From a virus (Duplodnaviria; Caudoviricetes): 41,882 nt of DNA. Below the pieces are notes generated by a model. That model was given only the letters and a program-made list of their open reading frames with translations. It did no database searches and had not been told where the DNA came from. The translations under genes and the position numbers were made by a program. Shown here piece after piece: positions 36,151 through 41,882 of this stretch. The number at the start of each line of letters is the position of its first letter. Position 1 is the first letter of the stretch. The stretch spans positions 1-41,882 of the IMG/VR virus record IMGVR_UViG_3300017648_000192; one strand, 5' to 3'.

Positions 36151-36945
36151 ATGAGCTACCTTGACAGTGCGATGAAGCGACTCGAATCAATGGTCGGGAA
36201 TGCATTGGCCCGGGCGGCGCCGTTCCGGGCGATCGTCACCAGCGTGGACGGGAACGGAGTCACGATCCGGCGACTGGAGGCAGCGACGGCCGAGACGGAG
36301 CGCCGGGCACGTGTGTCAGGAATTGCGCCCAAGACAGGTGATGAAATTCTTTGCCTTCCGGTCAACGGAAAGCCGGTGGTATTGGGCACGGTCAATAGGC
36401 CCGGAACCGTTGTTGTTGATCCACGGCCAGCAACGACGGTAATGCCATGGATGTCCGGTCGTTGGTACGGATCCCACACATATCTGGGTGTGTCCGGGTT
36501 CTCGACAGGGACATTAACGCCTAATGCAACGTACAGCATCCCCTTCTCCCCTCCGGTGGATGTCGCCATTGACCGAATCGCCATCATCGTCACCGGCGCG
36601 GTTGCGGGAAGTCAGGCAAGGATCGGGGTGTTAGCGGCGAATGACGCATCCGGTTTTGGCATAGATCCGATTGTAGACGCCGCCGTGAACACCGCAACAA
36701 CAGGGGTCAAGGATGCGGCAATCGACGTCGAGCTACAATCCGGGACGTTGTATACGTTGGCGATTGTGGCATCCCATGCAATCACCATCAATACATTCAC
36801 GCCGGTTCGTACAATGACCGCCAATACCAACGTCATTGCCGGACTGAAGACATCAACATACCGAGACTCGCCGACATTTACCTGGTCGCAACCAACATCG
36901 GCGTGGACTGACACAAACCCATTAATTCAGGTTCGGCGGGCATAA
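36151..36945 (+). CDS. Tail tip protein (N-terminal OB-like domain, beta-rich C-terminus)
   Basis: GGAGGT SD; FRAIVTSVDG..VTI...PKTGDEILCL..NGKPVVLG. Confidence 0.7.
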   Translation: MSYLDSAMKRLESMVGNALARAAPFRAIVTSVDGNGVTIRRLEAATAETERRARVSGIAPKTGDEILCLPVNGKPVVLGTVNRPGTVVVDPRPATTVMPWMSGRWYGSHTYLGVSGFSTGTLTPNATYSIPFSPPVDVAIDRIAIIVTGAVAGSQARIGVLAANDASGFGIDPIVDAAVNTATTGVKDAAIDVELQSGTLYTLAIVASHAITINTFTPVRTMTANTNVIAGLKTSTYRDSPTFTWSQPTSAWTDTNPLIQVRRA

Positions 36946-36996
36946 CGGCAATGTGCCAGGAGGGTACATGCATGATCGACGTCATGGAGGGGCGGA

Positions 36997-37334
36997 ATGT
37001 CCGAGACGATGTTAGCCGCCCTGATCGGGTTAGCGGGCACGACGGTCACGGCGATCGCGACGGTGGTCGTGGCCATCATTCAGACGCAGAAGCTCAGGGA
37101 CGAGCGGTCCACGGCTCGGGAAGATCGCGACATCGCCGCGCAAACGGTTCGAACACTGGAGGTCGAGGCGGAGGTGCAATCGGAACATTGCTCGGGATCG
37201 CCAGCCTCGTCCTCGCCCGGGTCGGGGTCGATCCCGGCGATCGACTTTGCCGGGACCGGTGGCGGGCCGACATGATTACGGCACGGATCGAGAGCGAGAA
37301 GCGCATCCGCGAGCTGACGGGAGGCGAGGTGTGA
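36997..37334 (+). pseudogene. Single-TM coiled-coil protein of lysis region, apparently split by a 1-nt frameshift near 37185
   Basis: Good SD, TM and coiled coil to ...EVQSE, then low complexity; -1 frame continues TLLGIASLVL...RELTGGEV and ends in GTGA overlap with next gene. Confidence 0.5.
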
Positions 37335-37522
37335 GCGAAAAGCCGAAGCCGGACCTCCGCCTCGATCCGCGCTGGACCGTCTTCCGGTGTCCGAAATGCG
37401 GCGGATTTGTCTGCGAAGGCATCCCGGGGATCGGCGGTCACATCGAGACGTACTGTCGGCGGTGCAAACCGCCAGCGGACGGCGAGCGCCCCCGGATCGT
37501 GATCGAGCACAAGGCGGCGTAG
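37331..37522 (+). CDS. Mu Com-like zinc-finger RNA-binding regulator
   Basis: 63 aa; FRCPKCGGFVCEG...IETYCRRCK matches the Com pattern RCxxC...IE.KCxRC; GAGG SD. Confidence 0.72.
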   Translation: MSEKPKPDLRLDPRWTVFRCPKCGGFVCEGIPGIGGHIETYCRRCKPPADGERPRIVIEHKAA

Positions 37523-37568
37523 CGCCCGGTATACTTGGAGCAACAGAGGAAGATCATGGCCCGTTATG

Positions 37569-37609
37569 GCCCGGCATGGCCTCCCAGTGGGAGACGTGTC
37601 GGGCTTTTT
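37569..37609 (+). terminator. Intrinsic terminator in endolysin leader
   Basis: GCCCGGCATG..CTCCC/GGGAG..CGTGTCGGGC followed by TTTTT, 21 nt before endolysin ATG. Confidence 0.7.
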
Positions 37610-37630
37610 GCGTTTCAGGAGCACATCATC

Positions 37631-38863
37631 ATGGCAATCCAGCGCGTCCCATTCCCTCCATACGATGACCGGCCGATCAACCCGTACGCCAAGGTCGGCA
37701 ATGGCGCGAACTACGGCGTGTGCGAGCGCACGGGCGCATCATTCGCTCACAGCATGGTCGGCTACCTCAGTTCGACCGATGCGTGGTTCCGCCGCGCCGA
37801 CGTGGCATCGCTGACCCCGTGGGGGATTGGTGGCAGCGCTGATGGCGCGCTGGACGGCAAGATCTATCGCTGGATGGACTACACGAAATACAGCGACGTA
37901 CAGCCCTGGTCGTCCGGTCCGTGGAATGCACCGGGCTATGGGGATGGCCCGGCATTTGTCGCGATGCGTGGCGTCGAGGGGATTAATGGTCGTGCCGAAG
38001 CGATCGAAACCTCGGATGGCGGCAACATCAACACGCCGATGTCCACAAAACAGTGGCGGTCATTCATCTGGCTCTCAGCCGCAATCGCGCATGCGGGAGG
38101 TATCACCTCGGAGACCTACCGGTCGAAATTGGCGTTCATGCAACACCGGGAAATAACGACGCCCGCATACAAAGACTGTCCATTCGAGCGCATCTACAAC
38201 TACACCGACGAGTACATCGCCGCAATCGTCGCGCTCATGTCGTACTTTGAGGGCAGAAACGACAATATAAACACCCTTCTGTTCACAATCGCTGGCCTGA
38301 CGATCGACCTCCGCGACGTTGGCCGCATGCGCGAAGGGGGAGCGGCACCCGTGCCCACGCCGAAGCCGGACGAGCCGGCAGCTCCTGCCTGGGTGGCCGG
38401 TGCAAGCGTTCGGGCGAAGAAAGAGATCCTCGTCCGGCAGGCGCCATCAACCAGCGCCACGGTCGGCATGGTCATCAAAGGTGGCGAGTTCGCCAAGCTC
38501 ATCACCGGCGATATCCGGACCGGAAACGGCATGGACTGGCTGGACGTCCTGACCGTCAACGGGACGGGCTGGGTGCCGAAACAGGACCTCGAGCTCGCAT
38601 CGAAAGAAACCACCTCGCCAGGTCCGATCTTCCACGCCTTCGACAAGCCCCGTACGTTCACGGTCGGAAGGGGGGGCGCGACCATCCGCCGGTGGGCGAG
38701 TCGCGAATCGGACATCATCGTGCAATACGTCAAGCCGGGGACGAAGATCGCGACGGCCGGCTACTACTTCGGAGAAAAGGTCAGCGGCGAGGACCGGTGG
38801 CTGGTGCAAGACGACGATCCTCGCGGTCGTATCCACGCCGGCGCGTTCGTCGAGTCGATCTGA
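37631..38863 (+). CDS. Endolysin: zinc amidase-like catalytic domain plus SH3-like cell-wall-binding domains
   Basis: FAHS, AIET, QHRE...KDCP ligand pattern; P/A-rich linker; VRQAPST...GWV; AGGAG SD. Confidence 0.8.
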   Translation: MAIQRVPFPPYDDRPINPYAKVGNGANYGVCERTGASFAHSMVGYLSSTDAWFRRADVASLTPWGIGGSADGALDGKIYRWMDYTKYSDVQPWSSGPWNAPGYGDGPAFVAMRGVEGINGRAEAIETSDGGNINTPMSTKQWRSFIWLSAAIAHAGGITSETYRSKLAFMQHREITTPAYKDCPFERIYNYTDEYIAAIVALMSYFEGRNDNINTLLFTIAGLTIDLRDVGRMREGGAAPVPTPKPDEPAAPAWVAGASVRAKKEILVRQAPSTSATVGMVIKGGEFAKLITGDIRTGNGMDWLDVLTVNGTGWVPKQDLELASKETTSPGPIFHAFDKPRTFTVGRGGATIRRWASRESDIIVQYVKPGTKIATAGYYFGEKVSGEDRWLVQDDDPRGRIHAGAFVESI

Positions 38864-38981
38864 GCGGGAGGTGATCGCCCCGCTGGGGCCATCTCGCACT
38901 GCCGGGGTGCGTGTGCGATGCCCGGTCATTTGACGGTTATTTGATTTTCGACACCGTTCCATCACATAAAGGAGCAACGAC

Positions 38982-39242
38982 ATGACCGCACAAACCAAGG
39001 CCGCCGCCCTCCGCGGTGCCCTCATGGCCGTCGGCGTGTTCGTCGTCACGCTGGCCACGGCCCGCCTCGCCGGGAGCGCGTGGGAGCCATCGATCTACAC
39101 GGCCGTCATCGGTGCCGGGGGCGTCTTCGGGATTCGCGCCGGCATCGAGGGGCTGTACGACGCGAACCGCGCCAAAACGGGCGACGTGCGTGACAGCGAC
39201 GTGCAGCCGCTGAACGTGCAAGATCCCCGCACCTGGGTCTAG
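38982..39242 (+). CDS. Holin
   Basis: 86 aa, two TM segments, hydrophilic C-terminus, after endolysin; AAGGAG SD. Confidence 0.7.
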   Translation: MTAQTKAAALRGALMAVGVFVVTLATARLAGSAWEPSIYTAVIGAGGVFGIRAGIEGLYDANRAKTGDVRDSDVQPLNVQDPRTWV

Positions 39243-39256
39243 GAGGGCAATAACCA

Positions 39257-41512
39257 ATGGCAACCCGCCTCGTCTGGGAGATCATCCCCCGCGCTGACGG
39301 CACCCCGTGGGCCGACTTCCTCGTGCACATCGCCGTGCCCGCGACCACCACGACGCCCCGCGGCACGTTCCCCGGCACCGTCATGGCCGGCGGCGTCGAT
39401 GTCACCAACATGCTGCCGTACACGACCGACGCGGACGGCCGCTGGGAAGCCGAACTCGAGGTCGGTGTGCCCCTGGTGCGCATCCCGACCGGGGCAGCGG
39501 TGACACGGGGCACATCCACGTCGTACCCGCAGCCGCGTCCGGTCGCGTTCGTCGTCCCCGACGGTGACGGCCCGATCTCGCTGATGACAATCCTGGCGAG
39601 CACACATCCGGACCCGGCGGACCCGACGCTGCCCAACATCGTGGCCGGGCTGGAGTCCGCGCTCGACGACCATGTGCGCGATTGGGACAACCCGCACGAC
39701 GTCACCGCGTCGCAATTGGCCGATCTCGATAGCGCCGTCAGCGCCGTACCCGATGTGGCGGCCAATACCGCAGCCCGGCACACACACGCCAATGCCGATG
39801 TGCTGGACGCGATCACCGCGCCGTACACGGTGGCGGATGACGACAAGCTCGCGGGCATCGCCGATGGTGCGACCGCCAACGCCACGGATGCCGAGCTGCG
39901 CGACCGGACCACGCATACCGGCGTGCAAGCGATCAGCACCGTAACCGGGCTGGCCGATGCGCTGGATGCCAAACAGGACGCCGATGCACTCGGCACGGCG
40001 GCCTACACGGATGTCACGGAATACGCGACGGCCACGCAGGGCAGCACCGCCGATAACGCCGTGCAACCCGGAACACTGGCGAGCGAGCTGACCGCGCACG
40101 ACGCCGCCAACCGGGATCGCAGTAACCACACAGGTACGCAGGCAGCCAGAACGATCGCGGACTTCGATGCGGCGGTGGAGGCTGTCGGCGACGTGGCTGC
40201 GAACACGGCGGCGCGGCATACGCATGCCAACATGGAGACGCTGGACGACGTGACGGACGCACGGCTGGTGCCGGATGCCCCGGTGCGGGTCGGGCAGATG
40301 GTGTCATGGGATGGGACGGGGCCGGCCTGGCGGGACCTGCCGGGCGCGGTGGTGCCCGATCTCGTGGCATCCCCGCACGGCGCATGGACGCCGGAGGGGG
40401 CGGTGACGGTGACGCCGAGCGCGAGCGTCGAGGTGCGGGGTAATGCGTGGTGGCTGTGCGAGGGGACAAAAAACCTGATCACAAACCCAAGCGTCGAAGA
40501 ATCGCTCTCGGGGTGGAGCGCATCAGGGTCGTCGACGGTCGAACGAGTGATTGCGGCGAGCGAAGGAATCGTTGCCAAGCACGGATCTTATGTGATCAAG
40601 GCGACCCGCAACGACAACAACATAGTCGCGAGTCGACAAGTTACGCTGCTCGTTGCGGGGGAGCACACCTTCTCCGGGTATGTTTGGATTCCGCCGGCGA
40701 TGGGAGGTGCGCTCGGTCGTAATATAGCAACCAGTTATCCCGGGCAATCGGTTGTCGGTCAAGTCCCCGCTGACGACGACGCGCGTGGGGCATGGCAACG
40801 CATTGCGACGACCATCAACGACGTGACCTCTGGGCTTACCGGGTGGCTTCAATTCAATTTCATCACCTCTCCCGGGTATATCGTCTACATTGACGCCACG
40901 CAAGCCGAAGCCAAGCCCTACGCCACGCCATTCACCGTCGGCACCCGGGCCCCCGGAACTATCGCCATCCCCCACGCCACCCGCCCCGCCGTCCTCCTGA
41001 TCCGCTACCGCGAGTCCGGCTTGCCCGTAACCACCGAGGCCGTCACCCTCGACGGCAATGACACCGGCACGTTCGGGCGCTTCGGCGTCGTATCGTGGGA
41101 CGGCAGCGCCATCACCATCGCCACTACCAGCGACACCGGCGCCGAGGCCAACATGTACGACCTGTACGGGGTGGCGGTCTGGGACGACGCCGACGCGCTG
41201 GACGGCCTCACACTGGACGCGCTCATGCGGTTCAGTGGGCCATACACAATGCCCATGGTTCCCGCGTATTACGTGCCGGACCCGTTGCCCGCGACCATCG
41301 CCGGGTATTATCCCGCCAACCGCAAGATCGCGACGGGCGGAACCAGCGCGCGACCACTTCCCGGCACGGACGGCACCGGCATCACGCTGGCCGCCGACAT
41401 GCCCGTGCACGACACCGGGAGACGCCTCAACGTATCGAGCGTCGATTACGCGCTGATCATGACCGACCTGGGGCAGTATTGGACCGCCGCCAGCAAGCTC
41501 ATCGCACTGTAG
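39257..41512 (+). CDS. Tail fibre/receptor-binding protein with HxH fibre repeats and CBM-like domain
   Basis: NPHDVT, RHTHAN x2, THTG/NHTGTQ fibre motifs; NLITNPSVE..LSGW carbohydrate-binding-module-like start. Confidence 0.72.
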   Translation: MATRLVWEIIPRADGTPWADFLVHIAVPATTTTPRGTFPGTVMAGGVDVTNMLPYTTDADGRWEAELEVGVPLVRIPTGAAVTRGTSTSYPQPRPVAFVVPDGDGPISLMTILASTHPDPADPTLPNIVAGLESALDDHVRDWDNPHDVTASQLADLDSAVSAVPDVAANTAARHTHANADVLDAITAPYTVADDDKLAGIADGATANATDAELRDRTTHTGVQAISTVTGLADALDAKQDADALGTAAYTDVTEYATATQGSTADNAVQPGTLASELTAHDAANRDRSNHTGTQAARTIADFDAAVEAVGDVAANTAARHTHANMETLDDVTDARLVPDAPVRVGQMVSWDGTGPAWRDLPGAVVPDLVASPHGAWTPEGAVTVTPSASVEVRGNAWWLCEGTKNLITNPSVEESLSGWSASGSSTVERVIAASEGIVAKHGSYVIKATRNDNNIVASRQVTLLVAGEHTFSGYVWIPPAMGGALGRNIATSYPGQSVVGQVPADDDARGAWQRIATTINDVTSGLTGWLQFNFITSPGYIVYIDATQAEAKPYATPFTVGTRAPGTIAIPHATRPAVLLIRYRESGLPVTTEAVTLDGNDTGTFGRFGVVSWDGSAITIATTSDTGAEANMYDLYGVAVWDDADALDGLTLDALMRFSGPYTMPMVPAYYVPDPLPATIAGYYPANRKIATGGTSARPLPGTDGTGITLAADMPVHDTGRRLNVSSVDYALIMTDLGQYWTAASKLIAL

Positions 41513-41522
41513 GAGCATCACC

Positions 41523-41882
41523 ATGACCGACGAATTTCCGATCGAGGAGCCGACCCCGCAGCCGCTCCATCTCGCCACCCGCGAGGACATCGCTCGCACG
41601 CCGAGTCTTTTCTCCGATACCGTCATGGGCGCACTCAATGTTCACGCTCTGTGGCGTTTGCGAAACCTCGCCGTCCCGGATCAGCAAAGCGAAGCCGACA
41701 TGGCGCTGGCGTTGGCGCTGCTGGCCGATACGGACCGGTACATCCGGGTGGTCATGCGCGTCATCCTGCACAGCTCCGAGCAATCCGGGCTGGAGGACGT
41801 GACGGCGCTGACGGACGCCGACGTGACCCAAATGGTGGAAACGCTGTGGCCGCAGTTCGTGCAAGTGGCCATGGTCCCGTAG
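41523..41882 (+). CDS. Hypothetical phage protein
   Basis: AGGAG SD, complete ORF ending at window edge. Confidence 0.65.
   Translation: MTDEFPIEEPTPQPLHLATREDIARTPSLFSDTVMGALNVHALWRLRNLAVPDQQSEADMALALALLADTDRYIRVVMRVILHSSEQSGLEDVTALTDADVTQMVETLWPQFVQVAMVP

Larger units (their letters stand above)
2813..41882. mobile_element. Temperate siphovirus-like prophage; left end approximate, right end not visible in window
   Basis: Integrase, repressor switch, replication, packaging, head, non-contractile tail (tube, chaperone, tape measure, no sheath) and lysis genes in canonical order. Confidence 0.95.

Noticed and set aside
38864-38981. Hairpins between endolysin and holin as an ncRNA
   Set aside because: Short GC-rich stems without a U-tract or a second copy; not distinguishable from background at this GC content
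39257-41882. Diversity-generating retroelement or invertible fibre cassette
   Set aside because: No reverse transcriptase or invertase, and no template/variable repeat pair seen in the window

Overview
Positions 1 to ~2800 are host chromosome: gyrA on the minus strand with a promoter and a downstream stem-loop. The GyrA sequence and high GC suggest Chloroflexota, possibly Thermomicrobiales (inference). The remaining ~39 kb is a temperate siphovirus-like prophage lying immediately upstream of gyrA; its right end (attR) is not visible. Gene order: tyrosine integrase; immunity switch (repressor with no autocleavage domain, RHH protein, excisionase-like HTH); early genes; primase-helicase followed by an iteron origin; accessory genes (DUF1599-like, DUF1064, SLOG, C5 DNA methyltransferase, HNH-AP2); terS/terL; portal-MuF fusion; protease; capsid; neck; tail tube; frameshifted tail chaperone; tape measure flanked by two antisense morons; tail tip; Com-like zinc finger; endolysin; holin; tail fibre. 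The strongest leads are regulatory or hidden coding layers. (1) A Mu Com-like zinc finger precedes a leader in which three 10-nt-periodic ATGGCC repeats overlap a terminator in front of the endolysin, a candidate RNA antitermination switch for lysis. (2) The C5 methyltransferase has motif IX and four PTP-type repeat modules in a nested +1 frame with its own Shine-Dalgarno. (3) A covarying promoter plus two-hairpin leader occurs three times, twice before HNH nucleases. (4) A LexA box lies inside the promoter of an orphan zinc-finger gene next to the repressor, a candidate new antirepressor. All calls come from reading motifs by eye; no database searches were run.
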